Shown here: piece after piece, positions 39,173 through 50,877 of the stretch
Layout: each line of letters starts with the position of its first letter
Position numbering within the stretch: position 1 is the stretch's first letter
Assembly: GCA_963666985.2 (NCBI GenBank)
Contig: CAXXIA010000002.1
Span: forward strand, 1,920,001-1,984,000
Source of the DNA: Spirochaetia bacterium
GTDB lineage: Bacteria > Spirochaetota > Spirochaetia > DSM-2461
Direction: 5' to 3'
DNA: 64,000 nucleotides
The notes under the pieces: model-generated
What the model saw: only the letters and a program-made list of their open reading frames with translations
What the model was told of the DNA's origin: nothing
Databases searched by the model: none
Program-made: the position numbers and the translations under genes

Positions 39173-41026
39173 ATGAACAATGCCACAGTCATCTCCGGCT
39201 ATCAAATATATCATGGTTTTCTCGCGGGATCTCGCAATATAGCATTACACAGGGAGTATCTTAACCGAATCAATGTTTTTCCTGTTCCCGACGGAGATAC
39301 CGGCAATAATATGGTCCGTACCATCGGAAATATTGCTGAGAAAATAGAAAAACGGTATTCGGCTTCTGAAGTCTTCGACCAGATTGCCAAACATGCGTTA
39401 CGCGGATCCCGTGGTAATTCAGGGATTATTCTTTCACAATACCTTAATGAAATAGCGGAACGATCTACCGGATATCAAAAATTAACAACCGGCGATTTTG
39501 GTTCCCTTCTCTTTCATTCGGTTCCGGCGGCTTATACCGCCATGGAAAACCCTCAAGAAGGAACTCTTCTTACGGTAATTCGATCTTGGGCTGAAGCCGT
39601 TTATGAGAAAAGCAGGACAGGCAAGAATTTCATCGAGATTTTTTCTCATGGATATGAACGAGCAAAACAAGCTCTTAAACGAACGCCGGAACAGTTGGAA
39701 GTTCTTAAAGAGAACAAGGTGCCGGATGCCGGAGCGTGGGGATTTGTCAGTTTCCTGGAGGGGGTACAGCGATATATAAAGGAAGGGGTAACCGCCGGAT
39801 ACCGGCATGTTCAGGAACTCTTCGGCTCTGGAGTAGAACGAGAAGAATCGAGCCTTCTGGCAAACATACCGGCACATTCATATTCAATCTCCACAGGATC
39901 AGATTTTCAGCCGCCTCAATTTCGCTATTGTACGGAAGTCTTTATCGATTCTCCTAATAATAACTCTTTTGAGCTGCGTTCTCAATTAAAGCATTTGGGA
40001 GATTCCCTGATTGTTGCCGGCGGGAAAAAACGAATTCGGATACATATTCATACTAATAATCCGGAACAAGTTGTGAAGATTGCCGGTAGAGTCGGATCAA
40101 TTCGGGAACAAAAAGTGGATGATATGCTGCGGCAGGAACAAGCTGTAAAAAATCCTTTAGGCCGAATTGCCGTTCTTACCGATTCAATCGCCGATATCCC
40201 TTTAGAAGAGAAAGATCGCTTGCAGATCCATGTTCTTCATCATTCTCTTCTTTGGGATGATGATGAATATCTGGATAGGCTTACGCTTTCTCCTGATGAG
40301 TTTTATATGATGCAAAGTCGGCGAGAGAGTAATCCGACATCTGCTGTTTTAGATATCGAACGGATTGAAATGGTTTATTCATTTCTTCTTGAACATTATG
40401 ATGGAATCATAGTTCTACCGGTGGCGAAAGAACTGAGCGGTTCTTGGCAGCAATTTTCACTGGCGGCAAAAAAAATTAATTCTCAGAAAAAAACGATATC
40501 TGTTATAGATACCTGTTTGAATTCCGCAGCGCAGGGTCTTTTGGTTCAGAAAATAGCCCAGTCGGCTTCGGAAGATAAGAATCTCGATCAACTTGTTCGG
40601 GAAGCGGAGGAGTTAAAGAGCCGTACCCGGATTTTTGTTGCTGTTGATACCCTTAAATATATGGTGAAGGGTGGCCGGGTACCGCCGGTATTGGGAAAGA
40701 TTGCCACTTTGCTTAATATGAAGCCGGTTATTTCCCTCAATTCGGATGGACGAGCACAAACTTTTGGTATTGCATTTTCCAATCGGGGACTCCAACGAAG
40801 AATCTCTCGGATTATTCAAAAACTCCAAGAGGAGAGTGGTATCGAAAAGTACTGTATCGTCCATGCCGGAGTTCCCGAAAAGGGAGAGCGATTTAAAGGA
40901 ATAATACAGCGGCTCATTGGAAGTCCTCCACAATATATAAGTGAGATATCTCCTATTGTGGGAATGCATTCCGGCAAGGGCGCGGTTGCCATTGGTGTAA
41001 TGACCACGAAGCCTAGCGTCCAATAG
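39173..41026 (+). CDS. DAK2-DegV fusion (FakA/FakB-like fatty-acid kinase)
   Basis: [30 protein letters not shown]; then LTDSIAD, LSGS, KGGR, HSGKGA (DegV). Confidence 0.88.
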   Translation: MNNATVISGYQIYHGFLAGSRNIALHREYLNRINVFPVPDGDTGNNMVRTIGNIAEKIEKRYSASEVFDQIAKHALRGSRGNSGIILSQYLNEIAERSTGYQKLTTGDFGSLLFHSVPAAYTAMENPQEGTLLTVIRSWAEAVYEKSRTGKNFIEIFSHGYERAKQALKRTPEQLEVLKENKVPDAGAWGFVSFLEGVQRYIKEGVTAGYRHVQELFGSGVEREESSLLANIPAHSYSISTGSDFQPPQFRYCTEVFIDSPNNNSFELRSQLKHLGDSLIVAGGKKRIRIHIHTNNPEQVVKIAGRVGSIREQKVDDMLRQEQAVKNPLGRIAVLTDSIADIPLEEKDRLQIHVLHHSLLWDDDEYLDRLTLSPDEFYMMQSRRESNPTSAVLDIERIEMVYSFLLEHYDGIIVLPVAKELSGSWQQFSLAAKKINSQKKTISVIDTCLNSAAQGLLVQKIAQSASEDKNLDQLVREAEELKSRTRIFVAVDTLKYMVKGGRVPPVLGKIATLLNMKPVISLNSDGRAQTFGIAFSNRGLQRRISRIIQKLQEESGIEKYCIVHAGVPEKGERFKGIIQRLIGSPPQYISEISPIVGMHSGKGAVAIGVMTTKPSVQ

Positions 41027-41104
41027 ATTGAGTATCAGCAGGGTGATGGTTTCTTGGGCTCGCTTAAGACTGGAGGGAAAATCTATAAATAAAGTTAGAG
41101 CACA

Positions 41105-42097
41105 TTATTCATGTCCGACAATCTTCTGGGGTGTATAGGGTTCCTCCAGAATTGATATGAGTGTTTCATCCAGCTTCAAATCGACGGCGGCGGCGGCATC
41201 ATCGAGATATTCGGGTTTTGTCGCACCGACGATAGGAGCCGCAACGGCCGGTTTGCTAAAATGCCAAGCCAAAGCTACCTGTGCGGGTTTTATCCCGAGT
41301 TTCGCCGCCGCTTCCCGAACCCGGTCCGCAACTTCCCATGATGTAATGTCTTTATAAAACTGATCCCCCATGGTGTCGGTTTTTGAGCGTGTGGTATTCC
41401 TGGCACCGTTTTGCGTACGGTTCCCCGCCAGAATCCCACGGGCCATTGGACTCCAGGGAAGAACCCCGACACCGGATTTAAGACAGTAAGGAATCATTTC
41501 CCTTTCTTCTTCCCTATACATGAGGTTGTAGTGGTTCTGCATGGAAATGAAACGGGTCCAGCCGTTGTGACGGGCCGTTTCCTGAGCTGTTGCAAACTGC
41601 CAGGCCCACATACTGCTGGCACCGATATAACGGGCCTTTCCCGCTTTTACGACATCGTGAAGAGTCTCCATGGTTTCTTCAATGGGGGTATGGGGATCCC
41701 ACCGGTGAATTTGATAGAGGTCGACATAGTCCATAGTCAAGTTTTTGAGGGATCGGTCGATCGAGTCCATAATATGTTTTCTCGACAATCCGCGGTCATT
41801 TCCGTCGACGGCTTTTGAGGAGCTATAGGGAAAGAACACTTTTGTAGCCACAACCACCTCTTCCCGACGGGCCATTTCCCGCAGAAGTTTCCCAGTGACT
41901 TTTTCACTTTCTCCATTGGAATACATGTCGGCGGTATCGAAGAAATTGATGCCGATATCCAAAGCTTTTTTCACACATGTCCGGGATTCATCGAGATCTT
42001 TTACCCAAGGACGCCATGAGGAGCTTCCGTAACTCATCATTCCCAGAGCGATACGCGAGATACGCAGCCCGCTTTTACCGAGGTTGGTATATTTCAT
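41105..42097 (-). CDS. Aldo/keto reductase
   Basis: FFDTADMYSNG, DLYQIHRWD, SMQNHYNL, PWSPMARG. Confidence 0.93.
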   Translation of the reverse strand: MKYTNLGKSGLRISRIALGMMSYGSSSWRPWVKDLDESRTCVKKALDIGINFFDTADMYSNGESEKVTGKLLREMARREEVVVATKVFFPYSSSKAVDGNDRGLSRKHIMDSIDRSLKNLTMDYVDLYQIHRWDPHTPIEETMETLHDVVKAGKARYIGASSMWAWQFATAQETARHNGWTRFISMQNHYNLMYREEEREMIPYCLKSGVGVLPWSPMARGILAGNRTQNGARNTTRSKTDTMGDQFYKDITSWEVADRVREAAAKLGIKPAQVALAWHFSKPAVAAPIVGATKPEYLDDAAAAVDLKLDETLISILEEPYTPQKIVGHE

Positions 42098-42415
42098 CGA
42101 AGGTCTCCTTTTAAATCTTATCGTAATTGTAATTATTTATTTTAAAATGAAAAAGTCATTTGTTGGCCGGTAATTTATTATTCTTCGGGCGGAATTATTC
42201 ACTAAGCAGTTTAGCGGCTTTTGTATAGAGAGTTTCTGAAAATATTACATAGTTCGCCTTTGCTTTCGGCGGTAGGAATGTTCAAAGAAATAATATTAGA
42301 GTAAAAAAATATTTTTTACTGTTTCATTTTGATTTATTCCGCCGGGAATTTGATACTCAGAATTCTCTTTTCTATACTTAAGCCAGATGTAGATTTCCGG
42401 GAGTTTATTGTGCCC

Positions 42416-43534
42416 ATGGATATAGTTACGGTAATAACTCTGTACAATCTGGCTTTATGGGCCGGGATTGTCGCTTTTATTCATCTTTATTTTACTTCGT
42501 ATGAAAAAAGCGGGCTTCTTCAGCTTATTGTATCGTTCGCCGGGATTGGAGTTGGTTCTGTTTTTGCAAGTTTAGGAGAATTTCAATTTCTCCCATTAAG
42601 ACTATGGACAAGTATATCAATGATTTTGGCTGTAATTGGCTATTCCTATCTTTTAACCGGATTTCAGGCGTTGAATTATAAAAGGACAAACCTTGCCGGA
42701 AAAATTATGGCGGTATTGCTTTTGATCATCTTAGTCATTTCCTTCTTTACGGATTATTTTCTTATTGACCGCATACGGGCGGTGTCCTTTCATACTATGG
42801 CAAGTCTCTATATGTTTTTATCAGGCTTGGAAATTCTTAGTAAATATAGGATCGAGAAAATAAGAAGTCGAATTATTTTATTCCTTGTTCTTCTTTTCGG
42901 ATCCTGTATCTTCCTTTTAGGCACGATTGCTCTTTTAACGAAAGAAAATTATGTCCCTGCATTGGCACGAGGTTTTTCATTATTAATGATAACGCATTTT
43001 CTTATATCCGTTTTTACTTATGGTATGGTCAAAGAGAGAGCGGAGAAAAGACTTCAGAAAGCGGCAACGATTGATGCTCTTACCGGAATAGGAAATAGAA
43101 AATGGCTGCAAGATACAATTCCCGCCATCGCTAGAAATAAAGACTCCATACTCATGTTGGATATAGATAAATTTAAAAACATAAATGATACATATGGCCA
43201 TTTCTCCGGAGACGAAGTTCTTGTCACTGTTGTGGAAAGAATCCAAAAATATATTCGAGAGGGTGATCTCTTTGCCCGCTTCGGAGGAGAGGAATTCCTG
43301 ATTTTTATCCCAGGTATGAATCATAAGGAAATCTCTGTTTTTTGCGAAAGAATTTTATTATCGGTTCGGAATATTAGCTTTATTGGCAAATTGGCGGGAT
43401 GTTCGGTTACAATCAGTATTGGGATTTGCTGGAATAATGGGAAATTTAAAACGATTTCCGAAATGATGCAAAAGGCGGATGAAGCTTTGTATAAAGCTAA
43501 AGAAAACGGCAGAAATCGATTTGAATTCCATTGA
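42416..43534 (+). CDS. Membrane-bound diguanylate cyclase (GGDEF)
   Basis: Multi-TM N-terminus; DALTG, DIDKFKNINDTYGH, RFGGEEF. Confidence 0.92.
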   Translation: MDIVTVITLYNLALWAGIVAFIHLYFTSYEKSGLLQLIVSFAGIGVGSVFASLGEFQFLPLRLWTSISMILAVIGYSYLLTGFQALNYKRTNLAGKIMAVLLLIILVISFFTDYFLIDRIRAVSFHTMASLYMFLSGLEILSKYRIEKIRSRIILFLVLLFGSCIFLLGTIALLTKENYVPALARGFSLLMITHFLISVFTYGMVKERAEKRLQKAATIDALTGIGNRKWLQDTIPAIARNKDSILMLDIDKFKNINDTYGHFSGDEVLVTVVERIQKYIREGDLFARFGGEEFLIFIPGMNHKEISVFCERILLSVRNISFIGKLAGCSVTISIGICWNNGKFKTISEMMQKADEALYKAKENGRNRFEFH

Positions 43535-43706
43535 AATCAAAAAGAATAAAGGTTTTCTTCCGGAGAAAAATATTTCGAATCCGAACGAAAGCTTAGAAGA
43601 ATGTAAAGAATTTCCACGTTGATTACAAACAGAATCTCATATTGCATTAATTCGGCATTGGGCTGATTTATCGAAAAAAAAGGAGATTCTCATACTACTC
43701 GTTAAT

Positions 43707-44423
43707 TCATATTTTCTTTCTTCCTAATTGAAACAACCTTATGCCGATCATAATGAACCAAACAAAATAGAGTGGTCCGGCAATCATGGTGAAGATTATT
43801 TTCATTGGCGCGTAAAAAAGTCCGATAACAACACTCGCTAAGTCGAAACCGTGAGTAAAGAATCCAACCCAGCCGGCTGCCTTGCCGAACACAGCCGTTT
43901 TGAGCATGATGACTGAAAAAATAACGGCGCCCGATTCGATAAGAATGCCCCGGATGATTGCTCCGGTATTCACCCACATATCGGCGGCAAGCATCCCTTC
44001 ACAGGCGGCCAGAAGCTGGTTTCGCAATTCCGGAGAACTCGCGGCGTAGTATTTGTCGCATAAATGAAGAATCGAAGCCAAATTTATTCCCGAAACAAAA
44101 ACAGTAATGCCGGCAAGAGTTAAGAATAAAGCGATTTTGGAAATCAGCTCATAACCTTCTTTGAGTGCTTGATATAAACAAAAGAACAGCAGGTAATAAA
44201 AAGGTACAACAATAACGGAGATTATATCGAGTTGAATAAGTGCAAGAAATTTGTTTTCGTGAATCATTTCAAAGCATTTCAAAGCCGAATCAGGGTATCC
44301 GCCGTCGAGCAGAACCAATATCAATATGGTTGCTATGGAATAAAAAATGAATAGAACGGATGTCCATCCGCCTGCTTTGAATAAAATCCTGTTTGGTTTA
44401 TCAAATGCGCTATTTTCAATCAT
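43707..44423 (-). CDS. Membrane protein (DUF4386-like)
   Basis: About 6 TM segments; GAGGAG RBS. Confidence 0.6.
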   Translation of the reverse strand: MIENSAFDKPNRILFKAGGWTSVLFIFYSIATILILVLLDGGYPDSALKCFEMIHENKFLALIQLDIISVIVVPFYYLLFFCLYQALKEGYELISKIALFLTLAGITVFVSGINLASILHLCDKYYAASSPELRNQLLAACEGMLAADMWVNTGAIIRGILIESGAVIFSVIMLKTAVFGKAAGWVGFFTHGFDLASVVIGLFYAPMKIIFTMIAGPLYFVWFIMIGIRLFQLGRKKI

Positions 44424-44470
44424 TTCATTCTCCTCAATGGTTTAAAAAGCATTTTATATCGAGCGAAATG

Positions 44471-45136
44471 CTATTTGCTTTTTCCGTAGTTTGTACTCAA
44501 GGAAATAAGCAATTGGCCGCCGGAATAAAGGAAAGGGCCGAAGATCATCGGCATTATCTGCGGATAGGAATGAAGGGCGAACTCAACATCTCCCAGGTAG
44601 AGGCAAAGAGTTCCAATCGTTATGAGAATCGCTTGTGTTCGGGAAAATGCATGGCCGAAGAACGTTGAAACTCCTCTGGTAACAAGGAATGGAAGAAGCA
44701 ATCCGTAAATGAGTCCCGGTATTCTCATATCACCAAGATACGGCCAAAGGTAGCTCATCAGCCCGGTATACAAAGCCAGGGCTACTATCCCGACATAAAT
44801 ATCTTTTTTATGGAAACCGTTTAGAACGGTAAAGCCGATTGCGTATGTAAGATAAGCGGCAACGAAGATAATCAGTCCGCGGATAACCACGAAGGGATCG
44901 GTCATATCGACGTTCAGGAAGTCTCCGAGCAATGCAAGGGCAAGGCTGATAAGGACGATAATGCTGAGTTTTTTTGAAACCTCCTTCTTTCTGAAGGAGA
45001 GAAGGACGATGACCATGCAGAGTATTGTTATCACAGGCTGAACCACCGAAACCAAAGACAGGTTGTTGGTCCAGCGGGCCCACCAGTAAATCACGATACC
45101 GATAACGGCGAAGGGTACAGGAAGAAGATGCAGCAT
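44471..45136 (-). CDS. YhhN / lysoplasmalogenase family membrane protein
   Basis: LLGDFL, GLIIF..A, LYLGD, Y..GQLLI pattern. Confidence 0.7.
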   Translation of the reverse strand: MLHLLPVPFAVIGIVIYWWARWTNNLSLVSVVQPVITILCMVIVLLSFRKKEVSKKLSIIVLISLALALLGDFLNVDMTDPFVVIRGLIIFVAAYLTYAIGFTVLNGFHKKDIYVGIVALALYTGLMSYLWPYLGDMRIPGLIYGLLLPFLVTRGVSTFFGHAFSRTQAILITIGTLCLYLGDVEFALHSYPQIMPMIFGPFLYSGGQLLISLSTNYGKSK

Positions 45137-45297
45137 AGTCGACTCCTGAGAATATCTTCGATTAGTAAATTAAGAATATCGTTAAAAGCTGTTTGCGGGG
45201 AAGAATTTTCTTCATAAGTGATTCACTCTTATAGCGAGAATTGATGTTTAGAAAATCATTCTGGAAAAGGACGCTAAATCGAATATTAAGGACGATT

Positions 45298-46476
45298 TTA
45301 AAAATCGAGCTTTGTTGATCCCCTGGAGAGGGTGACCCATAAATGTTCTATGGTGAAGCGATAGCCTCCGCGGCGCCAGAGAGCAACAAGGCCCATCCAG
45401 ATTCCCACATTAAGTACGGCAAACACCAGCGCCGCACCCATGGTTTGATTCCACGCGGGCCATATGGAAGAAAGCAGCTTGGCGAATACCTCGGAGAGAG
45501 GCATCTGAAGGGCATAAACGGTAACGCTTATTCTTGCTACCTGCTGGGCGATATGCTGTTTATCTTTTCCGAATCCGGCTGATGCCAGCACCGTCCATGC
45601 GATGAGGGTGAAGACGCCCAACTCGAAGTAGGTCTTTGCGTACCAGAATAAATCCGCTCCATGGAGATTGGTTGGAAAAATCATCAGTCCCAGGATTCCA
45701 AGTCCCACAAGCGAGACGCCGAGAACCCAGGTAAATCGCGGAACTTTACCGTCTCGGGCCATGGCGAATCCGATTGTCGCTCCAACCAGGGTAAAGGCGA
45801 AGTAGGGGAGTATCGGATATGGTTCCGATGCCAGCGGGGAAAGGAGAAAGGCGCCGACATATTGCCGGGTTTCAAGAAGATGATCGTAGAGAGGAAAAGT
45901 AACCAATCGGAGCAGGCCCGAAATCATGAATACACCGGCCATGAGAAGACCAAGAAGCGTCGGGCGTTTGGATCGGTGCAGAAGCGGCAGTACCAGTGAA
46001 AGCAGTACAAGGCTCAAACCGATCATCTGAAGCGCCGTGCCCTGCACAAAGCGGCGAGGACTCCATTCGGCTCGTCCGTCTCTTATTAATTGGGCAACCA
46101 GTGTGTGCTGATGGATGCCGGTTTCGAAGTTCAAAGAAGGCGGGGCCGTCAGAATATTGTAGATGAGGTGCAGCAATACAATACCGATACCAACAAAGAA
46201 AATGTGACGTCCCGGTGTTCCGCGGCCTTTCCATTCTTCCCGGCCGGAACGGCGGAGTTCATAACGGTAGCTGTTGACGATTCCGGAAATGAGCGCGAAG
46301 ATTCCGCCCCACATTACCATCAGGCCGATAACGGCCAAATAAAACGGAGGATTGTTTAAATCGACGCTGTTAAGGTTGGCGTAGAAGTACACCGCGCAAT
46401 GCAGGAAGACAAGAGAAAGAATACTGCATCCTTTAAATGTATCGATTGAATGGATTCTGTTTGAGGCGTTTTGCAC
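45298..46476 (-). CDS. Multi-TM acyltransferase-like membrane protein (HGSNAT/DUF418-like)
   Basis: RIHSIDTFKG...H N-terminal motif; PILPYF; about 10 TM. Confidence 0.55.
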   Translation of the reverse strand: MQNASNRIHSIDTFKGCSILSLVFLHCAVYFYANLNSVDLNNPPFYLAVIGLMVMWGGIFALISGIVNSYRYELRRSGREEWKGRGTPGRHIFFVGIGIVLLHLIYNILTAPPSLNFETGIHQHTLVAQLIRDGRAEWSPRRFVQGTALQMIGLSLVLLSLVLPLLHRSKRPTLLGLLMAGVFMISGLLRLVTFPLYDHLLETRQYVGAFLLSPLASEPYPILPYFAFTLVGATIGFAMARDGKVPRFTWVLGVSLVGLGILGLMIFPTNLHGADLFWYAKTYFELGVFTLIAWTVLASAGFGKDKQHIAQQVARISVTVYALQMPLSEVFAKLLSSIWPAWNQTMGAALVFAVLNVGIWMGLVALWRRGGYRFTIEHLWVTLSRGSTKLDF

Positions 46477-46622
46477 CGGGGACTCCTCTTGTGAATATCC
46501 GTTGATTGTAGCATGTCCGGATCGGCGCACTCATCGGAAGCTGCCGTCCGATCTTTCCACCTCCCCGGGCGGCGGAACGCAAAGAGGCAATAATGAGCAT
46601 GGCTGTAATTTCTCACATCCTT

Positions 46623-47162
46623 TCAGATAGCCGATGCGGCCAAAAGACCCATAATAGGAAGGAGGAGGCAGATAACGAACACACATCCGGCCAGAATGTT
46701 GATCCATTTTTTTACGGGACGGGTTACCCATAAATAAGTAAGAAGAGAAAGAAGCAAGGACTGAACCCAAACTTCGAGTTGGCCCGTCAAATGGGAATTC
46801 ATGGGCAATGAGGTATAAACCATACCCTCGATTGAACCCGGCGAGGGTCCGAATGTGGAGAGAATCCCGATAATCACCAGGACGGCCCACATTGAAAGCC
46901 ATCCTCTTGGACGTCCGAAGAACTCATGGCGCATCAGATAGAAAGCCGTACCGAAAAGCAGTCCGCGAATGGGCTGGAACAGAACGCCGGCTATAACCAG
47001 AGGATGGGTGAGCGGACGCATAAGAAGGCTCAGCGCGGTTTCCGTATAAATCGTACCGTAATCGAAGACCGCGGAGGACAGCGAACCCATGATAAAATAC
47101 GTTACCGTGTGGATAATGACTGTTTTGAGGGTAATTGGAAGGAAGCGATAATCCTTGTTCAA
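46623..47162 (-). CDS. Hypothetical membrane protein
   Basis: HTVTYF, FQPIRG, STFGPSPGSIEG; 5 TM. Confidence 0.7.
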   Translation of the reverse strand: MNKDYRFLPITLKTVIIHTVTYFIMGSLSSAVFDYGTIYTETALSLLMRPLTHPLVIAGVLFQPIRGLLFGTAFYLMRHEFFGRPRGWLSMWAVLVIIGILSTFGPSPGSIEGMVYTSLPMNSHLTGQLEVWVQSLLLSLLTYLWVTRPVKKWINILAGCVFVICLLLPIMGLLAASAI

Positions 47163-47309
47163 GGGAATTCCTCCTATTGACCCAATATAGTGACATGAAG
47201 TTCATTCTGTAAAGCGTTGAATATTTTTATGCTTTTAACGAAAGTTCTGAAAAGCCGGTTTGATGGACGGCGCTCATACCGCCGCATAATAAAAAAGGAT
47301 GCCGATACC

Positions 47310-48440
47310 ATGCCCCGAAACGTTTCCGTCCGTCCGGTTAAAACCCGGAAAGACCTGAGCACCTTCCTCTCTCTTCCTTATAGACTCTATCGTCACGATT
47401 CTCTTTGGGCTCCGCCGATTCGCCTTTTTGAGCGGCGGGAATTCCGTAAAGGTTCAAATCCGGTTTTATCCCGATCTCCTCATACGCTTCTGATCGCCGA
47501 AGATTCGGACGGTATTCTCCGGGGCCGCATCATTGCGTATGAAGATCCCCGTTACAATGCTCATTACGGTGGAAAAACCGGATTCTTCGGTTTCTTCGAG
47601 GCCGATGATCCCGAATCTGCTGCGGCGCTTTTTGACACGGCCGAGAAGTGGTTCGCGAGTCGAGCTTTAACGGAAATATTGGGCCCCATCGACCCTGTGG
47701 CCGAGTGCTGGGGGTTCACGATTGACGGATTTGAAAAGCCGCCGGTTTTTATGTCGCCGTATAATCCGCCTTCTTATCCCGCGTGGATCGAGGCGGCGGG
47801 ATATCGGAAGGCCAAAGATCTGCTGGTTTACGAGGTGGATTCCAGGAAAGGATATGAAATCCCGCCGCGGTTTCAAACTTTTGAACAGAACTTCTTTTCT
47901 CGCAATCCCGGATTCTCGGTCCGCACTCTTAGAACCAAGAATTTTAACGACGATGTGAAGAGTATCGTAGACATATTGAACCTCGGTGTGGCGGATAACT
48001 GGGGTTTTGTGCCCGTAGAGGACGATGAACGCGACGCTATGGCGGAGAAACTAAAACTTGTTGTTGATCCTGCGGCGGTTTGGTTCATTGAAGATAAAGG
48101 ACGGCCTGTGGCGTGCTGTTTGGGCTTTCCTGATTTGAATATTCCTATTCGTGCCGGAAAAGGACGGCTGCTGCCGTTGGGTTGGCTGAACTTGATGAGA
48201 GCTCGGAGCGTCTTGGCGGATTATCGGCTCTGGGGCTTGGCGGTTCTCCCGGAGTATCAGGGCCGCGGTCTGGATGCTTTAATTTACATTAACCTCTACC
48301 GGGCGCTCTCGGTCCGAAAACCCGGTACTCGGCTGGAAGCAAATTACGTACTGGAAGACAACCCTCGTATTATAAATGCTTTGGAGAAACTCGGAATGGA
48401 GAAGATTAAGACCTATCGGGTTTTCAGGAAGAGCTTATAA
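47310..48440 (+). CDS. GNAT-like acyltransferase (YghO-type)
   Basis: GRIIA, GFFGFFE, PYNPPSY, AVLPEYQGRG, VLEDN motifs. Confidence 0.8.
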   Translation: MPRNVSVRPVKTRKDLSTFLSLPYRLYRHDSLWAPPIRLFERREFRKGSNPVLSRSPHTLLIAEDSDGILRGRIIAYEDPRYNAHYGGKTGFFGFFEADDPESAAALFDTAEKWFASRALTEILGPIDPVAECWGFTIDGFEKPPVFMSPYNPPSYPAWIEAAGYRKAKDLLVYEVDSRKGYEIPPRFQTFEQNFFSRNPGFSVRTLRTKNFNDDVKSIVDILNLGVADNWGFVPVEDDERDAMAEKLKLVVDPAAVWFIEDKGRPVACCLGFPDLNIPIRAGKGRLLPLGWLNLMRARSVLADYRLWGLAVLPEYQGRGLDALIYINLYRALSVRKPGTRLEANYVLEDNPRIINALEKLGMEKIKTYRVFRKSL

Positions 48441-48663
48441 AGGGAGCCGGTGCGGTATTCCGCATAAAGTGTGGTGTCCCAGTATTTCTCTCACAGAGCG
48501 GCGGCTTATGGGAACGCATCGTTTTACGAAAGTGGCCAAAGAGACGTCAATATACCACCCATGGCCTCAATTCATTCTAATAAGCCGCCGTTTCGCCGTC
48601 TTGGAATTTCCGGGACACCGCAATAGCACACGTTCTTCAACCTCCCCTTTGCCCGGCATGGAC

Positions 48664-49455
48664 TTAGGGGGTTGGCCGATAAACCGCCGTTTGGCGTGAA
48701 ATAGCCGCGATTCTGCCGTCCGGACCGGTGACGATTCCATCTTCAATGAGAATCCCGCCGGTGATGTAATGGGTGCGGAAATCCGACCAGAGAACTTCAT
48801 GTTCCACAGTCCCGTTGATGTAGACCGACAATTCCAGAGTGGGAACCCAGGGCACTTCACCCAAAGCGGAGAAAATTGACGGAGGAAAGCAGTCGACAGC
48901 CAAATTCACGGCGGGAATATCGAATAACCGGGGATCTTTGAACCGTATCCATCCTTTCGTTATTCCCGGCCGGATCAATTCGTCCTTCGTCCATCCGTAT
49001 GTGGCGGGGTCTATACGGACACTTAAAATATCGTATATCGGTGTAGTTCCGGGGCGGGATCGTTCAATGCAGTCTTCTTCTTTCGCCGAGGGGAGATAAT
49101 CTCGGGAATCGGATAAATTTTCCGTCTCTCCTGATTTCGCGGAGAGAGTACAGAAAGTCCGCAGAACCTTTTTATCATCCTGTATCAGGCTGATTTCAAA
49201 ACGATCGAAATTTCGTGAAGTTGAAAGTTCCTCCACATGAACATCAATGCATCCCGGAGCGGTTCTGTCGAGGTAGTTTGCCGTTATCAGAAGGCTGCCT
49301 TTTTTTTCACTGTACCGAGAAGCGGCTTTGGCCGCCATGGCCAGGAGAAATCCCCCGTTTACATTGCCCAGATGCGTCCAGACTTCGGAAACCTCCGATT
49401 GCAGACGGTGGTCGCCTGTTTCACTGAAAACCAAGTTTTGATCGAAAACGTGCAT
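48664..49455 (-). CDS. Acyl-CoA thioesterase (double hotdog)
   Basis: NGGFLLA, DCFPP, PTLELSV, AISRQ. Confidence 0.85.
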   Translation of the reverse strand: MHVFDQNLVFSETGDHRLQSEVSEVWTHLGNVNGGFLLAMAAKAASRYSEKKGSLLITANYLDRTAPGCIDVHVEELSTSRNFDRFEISLIQDDKKVLRTFCTLSAKSGETENLSDSRDYLPSAKEEDCIERSRPGTTPIYDILSVRIDPATYGWTKDELIRPGITKGWIRFKDPRLFDIPAVNLAVDCFPPSIFSALGEVPWVPTLELSVYINGTVEHEVLWSDFRTHYITGGILIEDGIVTGPDGRIAAISRQTAVYRPTP

Positions 49456-49513
49456 AGTATGTCCTTCATTGCCTGCTGATTAATGGAAGCATACGAATCC
49501 TGCCGGTAAATAA

Positions 49514-50494
49514 TCACTTTACCGAAAACAGAATAAGACCGGCTTTCATTTCAGCTTTGATTTTATTTCTCTCCAGCAGATACTCCAGATGGGAATGTGC
49601 CTCTCCCACCGCAAACCACTTTTGCGCTACGGGAAAATCTTCCCAGTTTTTCGCCCTGATGGACCAAGTCATTTCGGAAGCCACCTCATAGACAGTTGAT
49701 TCTGTTCGACTTTCCACAATGGCTAGGGCCTCATCAATCCTTTTTTGATGATGTTCCATCAGTTCGTCAATCCTTGTGGAAACATCGCCCTCAATCTGTC
49801 TGTGAGCGGAGAAGGTTCTTTGTATCTCCAATTCTTTTATTTTTTCCAGACTCCGAAGGTAGGAGCCGAGTGAATCCGGAACATCCGGCCAGGATGTTAT
49901 GTTGGGCGAAATACCGAAAAGGATGTGATCTCCACAAAAAAGGTATTGATTCTCTCCATCGTAAAGACAGATATGACCCGGTGTATGACCGGGAGTATGC
50001 AGAGATTTCAGAGAACATGTTCCCAAATCAATGATGTCTTTATCGTCAATCATTTCATATTCAATATTTTTATCCGGCAAATAAATCATTGCCGGATTCA
50101 GACTTTTATTCTTTTGAAGCTCTTCCTTGGAGAAACCGAATGAAAGAAAGCAATCGTCAATTTTCCGAAAATACTCCGGAGTTTTAAACCGGCGGTAAAT
50201 CTCATAATCGATACGGCCCATGTAAACCTTGCTGCTAGGGGAAGCGACGGCCGGAGCCAAACCCGCATGGTCGGAGTGCAGATGGGTAATAAGAATATCC
50301 GTGATATTCATATCCGCTTTTAGTTCCTGCAATCCGGCATTGAGTCCTTCAAGAGATTCTTTCATGTTAAAACCGGTATCAATAAGCAAATTCCGCTTTG
50401 AGCCTTTGATAAAGAAGCTGTTCAGATTTCTTAGGGGGTTTCCCGGAAGGGGGACATTTATGGAAAAGATATTTTCACTGAGCTGCTGAATCAA
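49514..50494 (-). CDS. MBL-fold metallo-hydrolase
   Basis: THLHSDHAG, TPGHTPGH, GDHIL. Confidence 0.9.
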   Translation of the reverse strand: MIQQLSENIFSINVPLPGNPLRNLNSFFIKGSKRNLLIDTGFNMKESLEGLNAGLQELKADMNITDILITHLHSDHAGLAPAVASPSSKVYMGRIDYEIYRRFKTPEYFRKIDDCFLSFGFSKEELQKNKSLNPAMIYLPDKNIEYEMIDDKDIIDLGTCSLKSLHTPGHTPGHICLYDGENQYLFCGDHILFGISPNITSWPDVPDSLGSYLRSLEKIKELEIQRTFSAHRQIEGDVSTRIDELMEHHQKRIDEALAIVESRTESTVYEVASEMTWSIRAKNWEDFPVAQKWFAVGEAHSHLEYLLERNKIKAEMKAGLILFSVK

Positions 50495-50877
50495 GATGAT
50501 CCTCCAAATCCAAATAGAGAATACAGGATGTCTTGATTTCCATAATTCTTCAATCGCTCCTTAGGAATCATGAGAACGCAGCTTATCTGAAGACAATTTC
50601 CACATTATCAAGTGGGTAAATCGATAAAACAACCAATCAAGGGGCACCCGTTCGACTATTCTCTGCGTACCCGGAACGATAAGATGCTTTTTCCCAGTAC
50701 TTTCATCCGAAGCCTTATACTTAAATTAGGATGTTATTTAAAGACGACTCATCAGTATTCATCCGGAAAGGAGGTATGTGAGGTATCGGCGAATTGGCCA
50801 TCCCTCAGATTTGCGCATCACGGAGAATCGTAATTCTCCCTGGGCCGTCACCGACGGTACGTTACGATTAAAAGGAC

